Below are positions 1 through 13,753 of a DNA stretch of 64,000 nucleotides, piece by piece. The translations under genes and the position numbers were made by a program. This DNA is from Bilabrum cf. latius (lineage: Eukaryota), in contig OZ237744.1 of assembly GCA_965178125.1 (NCBI GenBank), positions 682,001 to 746,000 of the forward strand, in the 5' to 3' direction. The notes under the pieces are model-generated. The model was given only the letters and a program-made list of their open reading frames with translations, was not told where the DNA came from and made no database searches. Within the stretch, counting starts at the first letter, position 1. Every line of letters starts with the position of its first letter.

Positions 1-149
1 TCAAGACGCTAGAGGGTTCCCTGCCTGCGCAGCAAGCAGCGTTCCGTTGGATCCAGTGCAGCTCACGCTATGGCTGCTTGAATGCTTCGGGAAACCACAT
101 GTCATGTCAATTCAATGCTATGGGCATGGCTTGCTGGAGGCATGCAAAA

Positions 150-1508
150 TCAAAGCTCCTCCGCTCTCGATTGTCTAGTGCCAGAGCCCCCATCGGTACC
201 CTTGGATTGCACGTCTGCAAGCCTCCTGGCCATCTCCCTGGTGATGTCGAGGTACCCACGAGGCCCCAAATCGCCGTAGTCCTTGAAAGTTTTTGAGGTT
301 CCCAGTCCTCGCCGCATATCCTCGGGTATGCCCTTGCCATCCGGCACGGTCCACGGCACAGCGGGCTCGATCTGCGTGCCCTCTCCCCACTCGTTGAACG
401 TCGAGACCCCCACCGATGCTGGCGGGATGGGAAGACCCAGAGCCGCCTCCCACATCCCTCGGTAGTACTGCCCTCCATTCCTTCTCCTTACGTTCGCTTT
501 GTTCCACGGTCGGATCCTCGAATCGTCGTACCCAGGAGCCACAGAGGGCATGAAGAGCAGCCCCAGCTGGCCAGCCTCCTCCGCCATCGTGGGCCACCGA
601 CCGGGAGTGGAGCCGTAGCTGAACCCCGCCGCTCCAAAATACGTGTAGCCGCCGTCAAATCCGCCTGCTCGCAAGTCTTTTCCGCTTGTTCTCTCTAGCC
701 AGAGACCGATCGCAACCACGTCACGGTCCGTGCCTCTGATGCTGCTGACGGCACCTTCTGCTTCCACTATACCGGCGTGCGTATCGGGCGCCTCTGAATC
801 TCCCAGCAGCAGTTTCCACTCCTTTGCTGTGATGTGATACGAATCAAACACGTACACTACTGGACCACAGTGTCCTGTTCGCGTGCCGCTAGCTGACGCG
901 CACCGTGATGCTGTCGATGGCTCGCGCTGCCATTGCTGAACGCCTGCATCGGAGCGATACAATTTGCACCACAGCATAGCCGGATGATTTGCATACTTTG
1001 CGTTCACGTACTCCAGATCTGCCTTTATTGAATGGATGGACCGGTTCCTATACGGCTCCATGTGCAGCGAGACCATGATACCTTCCGCTGCAGCATCATC
1101 CATCAGCTCAAGTAAAAAGCCATCAGAGTTAACCCCTTGCGTATCATGCGTACCTTCAACATCGGGACGCCCCCACCACGACACTACAGCGGTAGTTATC
1201 CCAGCATCTGCCATTTGACGGAAGTGCAACCGCCTAGAGGTCGCACTCTGAGAGCTATACAGGCCAAGCTACGGATAAAACGGAGAGTGAGGATCTTCTG
1301 GAGGGCTATACTATCCCTTTGGGTACTATTCTGTGACAGATGAGACCCAGTGAGGTAACACCTCGTGGTCCCAATGCAGCCACTTTTCGTTAATGTCCGG
1401 GTTTCCGTACCAAACGTAGTAAAACGCATGAACTCCCGTACAACGGTCGAGTACAGGAGGTGATGCAATCGCTGGAATGGCAAATATTACTGCCACGAGA
1501 ACCTCCAT
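150..1508 (-). CDS. MANEA: GH99 glycoprotein endo-alpha-1,2-mannosidase-like protein (three in-frame TAG read as Gln)
   Basis: ORFs 1326-1508 and 150-1229 share a frame and are separated only by TAGs (1326, 1311, 1269). Motifs HAFYYVWYG, FYP*LGLYSS, FDGGYTYF, PSVAPGYDD, STFNEWGEGTQIEP. Hydrophobic N-terminus; ends AEEL then TGA. Confidence 0.9.
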
Positions 1509-2159
1509 CCGAAGAATTGAGGAAGAAAGGTTTGGCTATGTTTGTTTGTGGCTCCGGGTACGGTATGTGGTCGTAATGCGCTTGGTTTGGTATTGTTCTC
1601 TTTCATATCATCATTTGAACGGGCAGTGCATGCAACGGTAAGTTGCTGGCCGCTCAGTGGGAAGGGAGCGTTCGATGCTGTCACGGTGTTGGCGCACCCG
1701 AGCGGCTGGCCGTGCTCTATTCCCGGCCGTGGGTCGTGACCGAGGATCAATCCAATCATATTGCCCTCGTTTCAATGCAGACGGTCAAGCATTCAGCGGC
1801 TGGGCCATTTCCCGGTCCAGGCAGCTCCAGGAAGGCTGCTACCAAGTGGTGGGACAGCAAGAATGCGTCAGTCATCGCTGGAGTCGCGTAGATGACTTAC
1901 ACGTGCCCCAGTCACAGCAAAGACTTAGCCGTGCAAAGCAGTGGCGATCGTATCCATGGCCCACTTTGGATTGGACTTGGCCTCTGCCCCCACCGCCTCT
2001 TCCCAGTCAGCTTGACTTGCGTCATTGATCAGCTGCCTCGACCGGTTGCAACCGCGAATTGCTCTTGGCACCATCGCAACTTGGTCCCGTCATTCGCAGC
2101 GCTTAAGCGAACCCATTGCAGTAGCGAACACAACCCAAATCTGTGAGAAGTGTGGTATC

Positions 2160-3844
2160 ATGGGAACTAGCGCGTCGAAAGGCGGAATCAAGCACATTGA
2201 GAGCAAGGAAGCTGAGCAAGATAGTGTTGTGGTGAGTGCGTTGCGGAAAGCTTTTTCGATCCGTATTGCCGGATTGATTGCTGTATTCACGCCTTGTGTG
2301 CACCAAAACTGGAGATTGTCAGATCTCCAGTTGATGGACTATTCATGTGCTGAGGCTGCGCACTTGCCCACGCGATGTGCCTGGGGACCTTAGGGTTGCA
2401 TCGCTGCTATCCCAGTGGTTCCTTCTCGCGTACAACATGCTGCAACTGCAATTCTGATATAAAAAGGCTCGAGATGTCCTACAGGATCGATGATGCGGAG
2501 CAAAGCTTCGGGACTGGTCGTATATGGTCACGTTAAAGTCTAGTTGGTTCCGTTCTGTAGTAGTGCCGGGCACTCATGCCAACCTCCCTCGGAGCTTAAG
2601 TCGGCTGATTGTAGATTGCATTAACTTGTCTCGTCGTTTCGCTTTGTCATTGTACATAAGGGTTCCCGGGATGCACGGGCTGAATGATTCCGTTGCCTCT
2701 CGCCGAACTTGCATTGCTTCTTTGCAAGCAGGAGTGTGCATTAGATGCCAAAAAGGCTGACAGCCCGGAAGATGCTTGGCGAAGGCTCGAAGAAGGCAAT
2801 GCTAGGTTCTCGCAGTGGAGGGAGAAAGAATTGTTCGACGGAATCGCCAAGCACACGAACCCAGACTATCGTGCCACGCTCACGTCTGGCCAGCAGCCGT
2901 TCGCGTGCGTCGTAACGTGTGCCGACTCCAGGGTGGATCCTCTTCTTACATTCGGTTGTGGTTTAGGACAAATATTTACCATCAAGAACGCTGGGAACAT
3001 GGCAGGATTCAACACAATCGCATCTGTGGAATACGCAGTGGAGCACCTCAACGTGCCTATCGTGCTGTTCTTGGGCCATGAATCGTGCGGTGCCGTGTCT
3101 GTCACGATTGATAGGGTGATATCCACCCCGGCAGAGGCTTCTACCCCGGCTGCAGGGGATGCAGAGGGCGAGTCAAAGATCTCTCTCGAACCCCTCCGCA
3201 TCCGCGTCAAGCACCGGTCCAGCGGCAGCGCCTCTGATCTGGCGAAAGAGATCCTGCACGCCCGCACGAGGGGCAAGGCCCAGCTCTCCAAACTGACGCG
3301 GAAGGTCCCCGCCGCCATCGAGGAATCCGCCGAGCCAGCGTCCAAGACGCTGGGAGCTGCCATCGACAAGGTCAGCACACCCGTCCCTAGGAGCGACTCC
3401 GAGGGAACGAAAGGGGCCGCACAGGGAGGGGCCGCGGACGGCGATGCAGTACCCAAGGCGGTGGTAGCCAAGGAACACGGTGACCACGAAGAGAGCGCGC
3501 ACAGCAGATTCCTGGACAACCTCGTGGACGGCATCGCGCCAGCCGTGAAGGCCGTGCAGCAGATGACAAGGGAGCAGGGCCTGCCTTCCTGCAAGTGCAA
3601 GAAGGGCTCCCCAGGTCACGAGGAGGAGACAGAGGTCGAGAAGCCGGCTGATTTCATCCGGATGTGCGTGGAGCAAAACGCCATCCTCCAGTGCCAGGAG
3701 ACGCTGGCGCTGTCGAGCGGCGTGCGACGGGCAGTCAAGGAGGGCAGGTGCCTCGTGGTGCCGGCATACTACTCGCTCTCAACCGGCGTGGTGACAAGGC
3801 TCGAATTGCCTGACAAGCACCACGGATACAAGGTTGAGGCTTGA
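2160..3844 (+). CDS. Beta-class carbonic anhydrase; predicted exon 1 2160-2231, intron 2232-2731, exon 2 2732-3844
   Basis: Zinc ligands C-A-D-S-R and H-E-S-C-G; also L-x-x-GNARF and SVEYAVEHL. A phase-0 GTGAGT...GCAG intron would join MGTSASK... in frame (exon 1 is inference). Ends TGA. Confidence 0.85.
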
Positions 3845-3941
3845 TCAAGACGCAGTCCATGGTGGGCCGTTTACACTATGATTTGAAACGAGGACCTCGG
3901 ATCGAATTTATCTGTCTCAAATGCATTCTTTTCAAAGTCAA

Positions 3942-6900
3942 TCACTTGCCACGGCCCGGTTCTTCCCCTGCTCCTCCAGCCCCGCTCCCACCTTCGCTGG
4001 AACGACGCACCTCTGGGTCGTTCTAACCACCCAAGCCTCGCAGCCCGTCGTGCCTGCGCCTCTGCAAGTCACGCACAAACTAGGACGAGAGCCCAGAGGT
4101 GGAGTAGTTCTAGCTCACGAAGAAAGCAGTGCCTGTATCCTCCGTCATTGTCGTGCCAACCGCCCCCGCCGATGTCAAGGAGCTGTCCAAGACTGCCTAG
4201 GCACGCCTATCTGCCGTTGATAGGCCCTCCAGCTCGTGCCGCCCGCTGAACGAGGCGCTGCGGGACCCCATGGCTGATCGCCCTGCTGACACAGCTCGCC
4301 CCGAGGCTCTGCTGCCTACTCCCTCCGACTGTCTACTTCTCGCGGGCGCTCGATGCCTCGCCGGCCGACTCGCGCTAGCAGCAGCACCTTCAAAGGGAGA
4401 ATCTGCCTCCGTCGGATCGGCTTCATAATCCATGCGACGCAAGGCTTCACGGATCCTGAGTTGCTGTTCCAGCTGCTCGGCCGTGCGATGAGTCTCAGTC
4501 GCGTTCTGCCTGCCGATGGAGACACCAGATCTGCCCCGTCGAGTCGCCATATTGAACGATCGGGAGCGGTGACGCGGGCGGCCTAGCCGCTCAGCAATGG
4601 CAGTTTCCTCAGCGCCTGGTTGCCTGAATCTCCTCGCATCAACTGCTTGGCTGACTCCTGGAGAGAGGATGCGGTGCACCCTGCCCGCCCGCCTGAACCC
4701 GGAACCCGACCCGCTATTGGTGTGACGAAGGGGTGGCACGTCATCTGTTGCAGCTATGCCAGGGCCGGAACGAGTACGGTGGGCGGACTGAAGGCTACCT
4801 TCGGACAAAGCAGCCAGAACAGATGCCGAGACGGCAGCTCTACCGCCGTCTGAACCCTAGTCTGCCGGTAGCTCTGGTGCTACATCTAGTGCGACGGGAG
4901 CGGAGGCTTCGTTGATGTCCGCAGCAGCATTTGAATCTTCATCTGACGAGCTAAATGCATCGCGGGATCCTTCAACATCCCCACCATCATCCACGAGTGC
5001 CCCACCCCGAGACAAGAACCTGAACTCGAGCTCTTCACGAAGAGACTCGATATCATCTACGACCCACTCCGCCTCTTGCGCAATGTGTCGCAGCTCCGGC
5101 CCTGCAAGCCGCTTGTAGAACTTCCACAATATCGTCCGCAGGAACGAAAGAACGAGGACAAGAGGCAGCGTGAAGACCACTGCGCCAGACACCCAGAACC
5201 GAGTCGCCCCACCGCGCATCCCGTTGTCGTCCCACGCGTCCGCAACGTAGAGCGCTGGGATCCAAAAGATCACGCCGAGGGCGCACATGAGCTGGAATAT
5301 CCACGTGTGCGAGTTGGCTTCTGCAGCGACCCGAAGATTCACCAGTACAATCACAGACGTCAGTACTAGCAGACCTAACTGGAAGATGTACGGCGTCTGG
5401 CCGTAGTCGCCCCCGATGTTGTACGCAGACCGCACGATGAAGTATATGATGGCAGCCTCGCCGAGGCCCATGAGAACCCAGCCAAAGAGCCTCGAAATGT
5501 TCAGGTGTCGACCAGCCTGCCCCTCTCGGTAGAGCCAGGGCAGACGAAACACAGCCTTGGGAGAGACGTCATAGTCTAAGATGGCCAACAGCAAGATGGG
5601 GACCGAAGTATAGATGAGGTTGTAGGCTTGCGCCCCACTCTCAATGTAGTACTTCTGGCCGCTCCATCCATTCTCTGCGAGTGTAAAAGACAGTTAGAAT
5701 GGCAAAGTGCGGCGCGAAAGGGTGAAATGTGCTAGGCGGGAGGCATAGTCTGAACACAAGCGCGATGATAGCGTCTCACCAAGGCCATAAAAGAACTGCG
5801 CCATCACGAAGATGAAATTTTTCCAGAGAATGAACAGCACCAGCTTACTCATGCCAATGTAGTTGCGGCGGCCGTGCCACAGGAGAAGTCGCTTCAGCAG
5901 CCTGAACCTACCGATCGCGTAATCACCTGCATTGGCGGCCTGCATGCCTTCCCGACCTGCGATTCCAATCCCGATGTGGGCCTCTCGGATCATTGCAACG
6001 TCGTTCGCGCCATCGCCGATTGCTAGCGTGCGACTGCGCCTGACCTTGTCTCGAATTAGTTTTACCAACGAGGCCTTCTGGTCCGGCCTGCAGCGGCAGC
6101 AGATGACTGCATCCGCCCTTCGCAAAGCTGCGGCAAGTGCCCGCGCTCGCCAGCGCTGCCCGCGCTCGGAGGGTTCCGACAGCATGGCTTCGTCCTCTGG
6201 ATCCAACAAGACCTCTTCCTACTCGCTTGAATTCGGTGACGCATCGTGTTTGCCCTCCTCCCAGCTGCCAAGCATCACGTCAATCACAGCTTCGTCCACC
6301 ACGATTGCGACCGGGCCCCGCGGACCACGGTCTGTGCCAGCCTGCGCAGCTGCAGGAGATGGAACACCTGGCGGGCTCGGGCTTCTACTGTGCGGAGCAC
6401 CTCGTACCATCTGGATAGGAGCACCTAATTGAGCTCTCCCTCCGTAGTCTTTGCTTGCAGCCATGCTGGCTGGCTCTGGCAGCGCGACGGTCTTCGTCGG
6501 TGACGACTGCGAGCGATCTTTTGGTCCACTAGAGCTGCTTGCAGCCTTCACGTCGTGCTCGACAGTAGTATCAAGTGTCTACCCTGCCAAGGAATCGTCA
6601 GAAAATGTAGGTATTCTTGAGGGAGATGCCCGACGGGTCGCTTCAGACTTCGACTTGCTCATGGCCCCGGCACGGATAGCGGTCTCGGGGATGCGACCCG
6701 GCGTGGAGGCAAACGCGGATGAATCGCTTGCTTTTGCGCCATGCAAGCTGGGACTGTTTCGGGGTGATCCACCCCTCGACGCACCTGTCTCAGGTCCAGC
6801 CCCGGGCGCTTGCGATTGGGATCTGGGTCGGGTGCGACGGACCGGAGCCGCCGCTTGTCTCGCAAGCCCCACTGTTTCGAGCAAGCCATCGCCCAGCAGC

Positions 6901-9900
6901 ACACCCAAGTCACCGCGGTTGTTCGTCTGCATGTCATCGCTGTGATGGGACGCAGCGTCGAAACCGTCCTCATCGCTCTCGTTGCCGTCTTGACCGAAGA
7001 TAGACGCCAGCGTAGATCTCCGCTGCCTGCCGCGCGGAGTGGATCCTTCGCTACCAGCTCGCGAGCGGAACTCGAACTGCGTGGCAGGCCTACCATCTTG
7101 TCCATCTGATCCATTGGTTGAGATGGACGCAGACTCTGCCTTGCCCTCGGCATCGGGAACAGGGGCGACGGCGGCCAGGTTCGAGTCTGGCTAGCTTCCG
7201 AGCGCGCCATCTTGATCTGAGGCACCCTTCCCTCCGTTGCGGTCCTATTCAACCAGCTCAACATCAGAACGCGATACTCCGGGCTGCTTCTCTTTGGCAG
7301 CTGCCGACTTGGAGTCGTGCACTGGTGCAGGAGCTGAGCTCGATCTCATGTGGGGAGACCCTGGCACGAACCGGGAGGGAACACCAAGTTCTTCGTCGAG
7401 ATCGCCCCGCCCGTGCATTCTCAGCGTCTGTCTATGAGGATCACCGTCACTGTCATCGCCGCGCGCATGTTGGCTATCTGCAGACCTGCCCAAGGGCCGA
7501 CTCGCCGCCCGACTGGATTCACGAGCAAGCGCGACCACTGCCCTAGACCCCTGCATTGCCGTTCGGTTTAGAGTAGACGCATGGATCACGCGCATGCCCG
7601 GCCGTAGCAGCCTGGTAGCATACCCAATGTTGACGGCGGTCTCCTCTTTGTCTCCAGTAAGCATCCAAGTTCGAACGCCCGCTCGAGCGAGTGTCGCGAT
7701 GGTGTCTGGCACCCCCACCTGGAGCTTGTCCTCGTTCGCGGTGGCACCCTGCAAGGAGAGGCCCTACTCCACCTCATCCATCAGTCGGTCAATCTCATTC
7801 GGCTTACCCTGTTTGCGTTTGGTCTGCTCTGGGATCGACGCGAGCGCTGCTTCGAACTTGCGGCTGAAACCAGATAGCTCAGAGTCCTCCATGGAGCGGC
7901 ACGCAAACACAAGGGTTCGCAGCCCATCAGCTCCCCACGCGCTCAGCTGTGCTTCCGTGTCCTCCACTCGCTTGGCTGTCTCTAGAGAAGACAGGCCTAT
8001 ATCAGAACCGCCGTCTTGCCTCAAGCGTGCCATTATAGTAGAGTCAGCCCCTTTGCAGTAGAGGGACACACGCCCGCATGGATGTCGCACGATCACGCTC
8101 ATACGCTTTCGCATTTGGTTGTACGGCAAGATATGCAGCAGCTTGTACTCCATTCGACGGCGCATCACGCCGTCAGGGGGAGCCAATGAGTCAAAAGCGC
8201 GAATGGCTGCCCACTGCTGCTCAGGAGACTTGGATGAATACGGCGAGCCGTCGCCATACAGCGCGGCAGCGAGAGTTCCCGCGTACTCAAGCCACTATCC
8301 TGGGCCCACTGCGTGGTCTGTTGGTGCTGATGCCACGCTGGAGATGCTGTTTCGTCGATCGTGCGCCGCCCCGACTTGCTTGCCACCGTAGTCTCTCGAA
8401 TCGGCTGCGAGCGCGCCGATGCCTTTCAATGATTGGGCTGACGGTCCACTACCGAGATGGTGCCTGCCCAAGACAGGCACCATCTCATCCACCTGGGGCC
8501 GCACGATCTCCAAATCGATAACGTCCTATCGGCGGTCCACTAGTGCATACCCCATTCTCCCTGCAAAGTACACGAACGCCTCCTCGTCGGGAGAAGACGC
8601 GCTTAGCCGGAGTGGCCGGATCCCGTCGCGGGGCCAGTCCTCCATGCCCGCCGGAAGCCGTGATTTCTCAGGAACGACAGAGTGGTTTAAGGCAAGATGC
8701 AGCATCATCTCATGGATTTCATCGCCAGACCTAGGGGCACCCCCAAGGGACCTTCTGGGGCTCCCTTGGGGCTCAACGAATGGCGATAACAGACTTGGGC
8801 TGACTTCGCCGGGGGATGGCAAGTCGGTGACACCCTCTGCTGAATTCGCAGCACTGGGGTGGTGGGGCGTGCGTGCAGTACCAGCTGCAGCTCCGATGAA
8901 ATCAAGGGGGCCGCAGTGCCTTGGATAGTCTGCGCTATACGCACCAGTATCGCTTGCCTTGCCAAGCCCGACACCAGCCCCGAGGCCAAAGCTCCTGTAG
9001 CCCACCCACCAAGGCGCAGATCCCAGCACGTGGCACGCATCATGCTCTAATGACCTGCCCGGGTGCGACCGAGACCCGTCCTTGAACCGGACGTGGGGTG
9101 CCGTCAGCAAACGGGAACCCCTCGCGCCGATCTGTGATGCTGCAGCTGTGGACCGGTCGTCGTCCTCGTCGCTCTCGGGACCATCTAAGCCGGTGCGATT
9201 GGCTAGCTCGGTTTGCTGCTGGGTAGAAGTACTGCTAGAAATACCTTTGGAAGATACCTAGCTGCCATTTCTACCTTGCCCCTCGCTGCTTGGTTTCGCA
9301 GCAGCAGAGGCATCTCCTGACTCACAATCGGTTCGAATGCTTCCCGTATCTTGGTCATCCAAAGCATGACCAGCCGCTGCTAGTGCCTTCCGCAGCGACG
9401 CAGAGCCCACGCCGTACGTCACAGATCCCACCATGATGCTGCGAAACTCCATCTTGTTCAGCGTGAGAGTACCAGTTTTGTCGCTGAAAATGTGCGTAAT
9501 TTGGCCCAGCTCGTCGTTCAGGTCCATGGATCGCACCTTGAGCGGGTAGCGGCCCGGCCCAGTCGGCACGGGGGCCCCAATGATGCTGTGCAGACACGGA
9601 CAGTCAAACACACGCTGCAGGGAACAGCCACTGCAGCCGCATGACACCCCATCGCTCTCGCCATCTGAGCGGGCACCACTCCCCTCCTCCTTCGCCTGCG
9701 TGCCCGAGGGTGCAGGGGCCACTTGATCCGTGACAGGCGCACCCGCCACTTGTGCCGCTGCAGCTACTGCGTCTGGTTTCATTGGGGTGGGGGTGCTCGC
9801 TGCCTCAAGGCTTGCCGATGCAATCCGCTCCGCGGCTGCTCGGTTCTCTGCCCTCACAGCTTCAGCGTCGACGTAGGCCATGCTCGCATCGCGCTCCATC

Positions 9901-11246
9901 AGGATCATCTGCAGCGTCCTGGCAGTGCGAATGGACACGTAAAGAGATACAGGAATGATAGTTGCGTTGAGCAGGAAGAACGTCCCGATCTTGCGGATGC
10001 CGTCCAGAACCTCGTACCCATCAATGTCGAGGTACTCGTGCGGAGACTCCCCAGAGGTGTGGCTGACCCAGATGGTGTACGCCACTGTTCCAAACGTGCA
10101 CAGAGCCACAAGTGTTAGGGTAAGGTACAGAATGAAGCCGTTCAGCGCGGTCTCAGTCTGCGGCAGCTTGGTGACGGCGCCTCCTTGCTTCACCTAGGCC
10201 TTGGTCTCTCGGCCAGTGTATACCACCATGCCGTACGCAAAGTCCACCGAGCGAAGCTGTGCACCTCGAAGCAAGAGGTTATCTGCATCTAAAGGGACGC
10301 CCACAATATCACGAGGAGCGGAATGCCCCGAAGCTGCGTCTCCCGAACCAGCACCATCAGGGATATGGTACCGGCAGGAGGTGTGCCGGGGCCGGCCCTT
10401 GCGCCCCAAGCACCAGCCCACGCAGTCCAGTGCCCCACTGCCAGCTCCAGATTCGTTCCCTGTCTCCTGGATTGCATTGCGTTCTTCCGCCGATATCATG
10501 GTCGGGTTCAGCCAAAGCTTTCCGGTGAAGGAACCAAAGGCAGCTGTCGGGTGCTCGCACTCGATCCCGATCCTCGACTTGGTGACCGCATCTTCTTCCT
10601 CTCCTATCGCTTGCGCCACGTTCCTCGGTGCCCTTTTCAGCTTCAGATTCGTCTCCCCGTCCAGCTGAGCCGTCATGACATAGCATCGATCCGGTGTCTC
10701 GCCGTCGCTGCTTGCTGATCGGAGAAACACGCAGTCAGCGGCAAGCGTATCGCCCCTGCGAATCTTCAGCACGTCTCCGACGCAAACGTCTTTCCATTCG
10801 ATTGCTTCAAATTTCCATTTTCCATTCTCCTGGCGCCGGGCAGCCATGGTTTTCTGCCGGTTCGTGCGATCGTCGTCCAGATGTCGCCTATAGTCCTCTA
10901 TGGCGGTCACAACACCGTCAAAACACAGCACGAAAGTCAGGGGTATCAATGATGTCGGAATACCGTTCGTAATAGAAATCTGCGGCAGCGTCTGCAGCAC
11001 GCTGACGCACAGAAAGTATAAATTCGCGAATCTCGAGAGTTGCTCGATCAAAAAGAGCGGCAGGAACGTAAGTGGATTGTACTTAGCCTGGAAAATTTCG
11101 TTGCCAACGAATCCTTCATTTAATTCCGTCGCAAGACTGTAAACATGTCTCGTAGCTTTCGGGTCCTGCGACTACTCGTCGTGCTCAGTAGGTAAGACAC
11201 CCTGCTGGGTGCGCTCTGGCTAACCCTCCACAGTGCTATCACTCAT
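3942..11246 (-). CDS. P4-type phospholipid-flipping ATPase, about 2,400 aa, one intron (5675-5779), about 16 in-frame TAG
   Basis: One frame broken only by TAG. Motifs [77 protein letters not shown]. The intron restores FFYGL|ENGWSGQ. Ends TGA. Confidence 0.9.
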
Positions 11247-11543
11247 ACAGCTAAACTAGGAACACAAGTACAAGCTTCAAAATCCTTAGAGCGTCCAATG
11301 GTGTTCGGGCGAGAGACAAACCAGAAGCCCGCAGTACCACGGCCCGCAGTGATCCTTGTCGATTCGGGCGATTCGAGACGCGAAGCTCAGGAGCCGGAGC
11401 GTTACCGATTGATGGCGGTAGCAGAGTCGAGCTATGCAAGAGAAATTTTGTGCTGTGTTAGCAATACAGCGAGCACACGTCAGTAATGTTCGGCTGCACC
11501 AGAAGCACCATGTGCTGCAATGCGATGACTCCCGCACCACGTC

Positions 11544-11925
11544 CATGATGGTTGGTAATGTGGATCTGTCGATCAACCGCTCAATGCTTCGCTCCCCCAG
11601 CACTCTCCCTCTCCCGCCACGCGCCACTCGTGCGCCGCTACCCACCGTCGCCCACTCGTCTGTCGCTAGCACGGCCGTCTCCGTGCCGCCTAGGCCCGGC
11701 TGGCCGCTTTGTCCTGCCCTCAGCTTCCACTCTCGTACCTAGTACCTGCTCCTCGTAATCTCCTCCTTCCGTGGCGCTTTGGTTTTGGCTGGTGCTTCCC
11801 CGGGCACTGGGCAGGCGGCACGGACCTTTCAAGCCGCTATGGGGACTACCTGCCACTGGCCACGGGATCTACACTGGGCCCCCCTTTTGGCTGTTCGCCC
11901 ATCGAACGCCGCAAGGAACACCCAC
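11544..11925. repeat. Ngaro split direct repeat B2 (382 bp)
   Basis: Identical by eye to 13364-13745 (offset 1820). Confidence 0.95.
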
Positions 11926-13210
11926 GCCGCCCCGACCTAGGGGACGCCACCACGCAAAAAGAAGAAAAAAAATCTTGAACTCGATCGAGTTAGGGCATCA
12001 CCGCTCGCACATCCCGCCCAGCCCACCACGCTCGACACGGTCCTGTATGCTCACCGCAGCCCCAGCACAGTCGTCACCCGGTCCGCTCCTATTCAGGCTC
12101 CCATTGCCTTACCCTCTGTGAGGATACGGGGTCCGGCTGCTGTCCGCACGTTGCCGTGCCTCTTGCAGCACCACAGTGGTCCTCCACTGCAGCGTACGCT
12201 GTGCAGGATCTCGCCTCGCTCTCTCGGTGGGTGTCGCCGGTGCGACTGTCCCAGGGTCGATCCGAGATTCAGGCTCTCCTCTCGGCTGTGCAGGTCACTC
12301 TGTCCCCCTTCGGCCACGGAGCCATCCAAAGGACAGAAGTTTCCTGGGCCCGCAACGCGGTTCTTTGTGCTTCCAGAAAAACAGAGGTGCTCCACATGGG
12401 GGATTTTACGGCACGGACCACACCTCTGCTCCCAGTCTCATGACCACCTCACGCGTGGCCACCTCACACCCGTCCCCACTGTTGCAACCGGGAGGGTGGG
12501 TTGCTTCCGACCTATAGCCGGATTTACAGCGATCAACATGAGGCACGGACCTCATACTGACCGCACCCACCCCTACTCCCACGCCTACTTGACTCAGCCA
12601 AGTCCCTGGCCCCCCAAGCCACCCACCAACGGTCCTGCTAACAGTGGCCATCGGCACCAGATGCGACCACGGAGCCTCATCTGGTTGGTGAAATGGGATG
12701 GTGGCAAAGGCCACCACCAGTTCGTCCACGTGTTCTAGATGGCTAGACGCACGCAGCTTCCCTGGCCCCGTTCCGTTGCCCTCCGCAACGCTTAAATGTT
12801 GGTAGCTAGGTATGAGTGTTGGTACCCTCCGAATCTGCGCCGCCATCCTGCGTGGGTGCCACGTGGTCCCCCCGTTGTCAGGGGGTCCACATGAACAGAA
12901 AAGAGGGCTGGTTCATGCTGGTACTGAGTGCGGAGGGAGGAGGAGCGGTCTGCCTCCGCCCCCCTCCCAAGAGAATATTACACACACTACCGGGCAGCAG
13001 TGACACACACACACTTACCCGCCCCTAAGACGCCCTGTCTCGCTGAGTAAACCTTATCCGCCTGGCACCCCTCCCTTCAGCTGTAGGCCCCTCTGTTGTC
13101 CGCCAACTACTGGTCCCCCCTCACCTCCCGGCCTCCGCCGCGATGCCGCCCCATCCATATCCGAAGGAAATGGGGCCAACAAGACAAGAAACAATTCTAT
13201 AAAAGTAAAA

Positions 13211-13365
13211 ATTATTTCCTTTATCTTCTTCTGAATTCCCCTAAGTGAGAGCGCTGGTCTCGCTCAGCTCGTACTCGGAATTGATCCGATCAGTATACCA
13301 CTATCGGCCCAAACATCACTGTACATGGATGCTCTGTATTCGTCAGTAGGGGTGCCATTGAATCA
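13211..13365. repeat. Ngaro split direct repeat A2 (155 bp)
   Basis: Identical by eye to 19730-19884 (offset 6519). Confidence 0.95.
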
Positions 13366-13745
13366 TGATGGTTGGTAATGTGGATCTGTCGATCAACCGC
13401 TCAATGCTTCGCTCCCCCAGCACTCTCCCTCTCCCGCCACGCGCCACTCGTGCGCCGCTACCCACCGTCGCCCACTCGTCTGTCGCTAGCACGGCCGTCT
13501 CCGTGCCGCCTAGGCCCGGCTGGCCGCTTTGTCCTGCCCTCAGCTTCCACTCTCGTACCTAGTACCTGCTCCTCGTAATCTCCTCCTTCCGTGGCGCTTT
13601 GGTTTTGGCTGGTGCTTCCCCGGGCACTGGGCAGGCGGCACGGACCTTTCAAGCCGCTATGGGGACTACCTGCCACTGGCCACGGGATCTACACTGGGCC
13701 CCCCTTTTGGCTGTTCGCCCATCGAACGCCGCAAGGAACACCCAC
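13364..13745. repeat. Ngaro split direct repeat B1 (382 bp)
   Basis: Copy of 11544-11925. Overlaps A2 by CA and lies 8 bp past the YR TAA stop. Confidence 0.95.
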
Positions 13746-13753
13746 TGGCCCAG

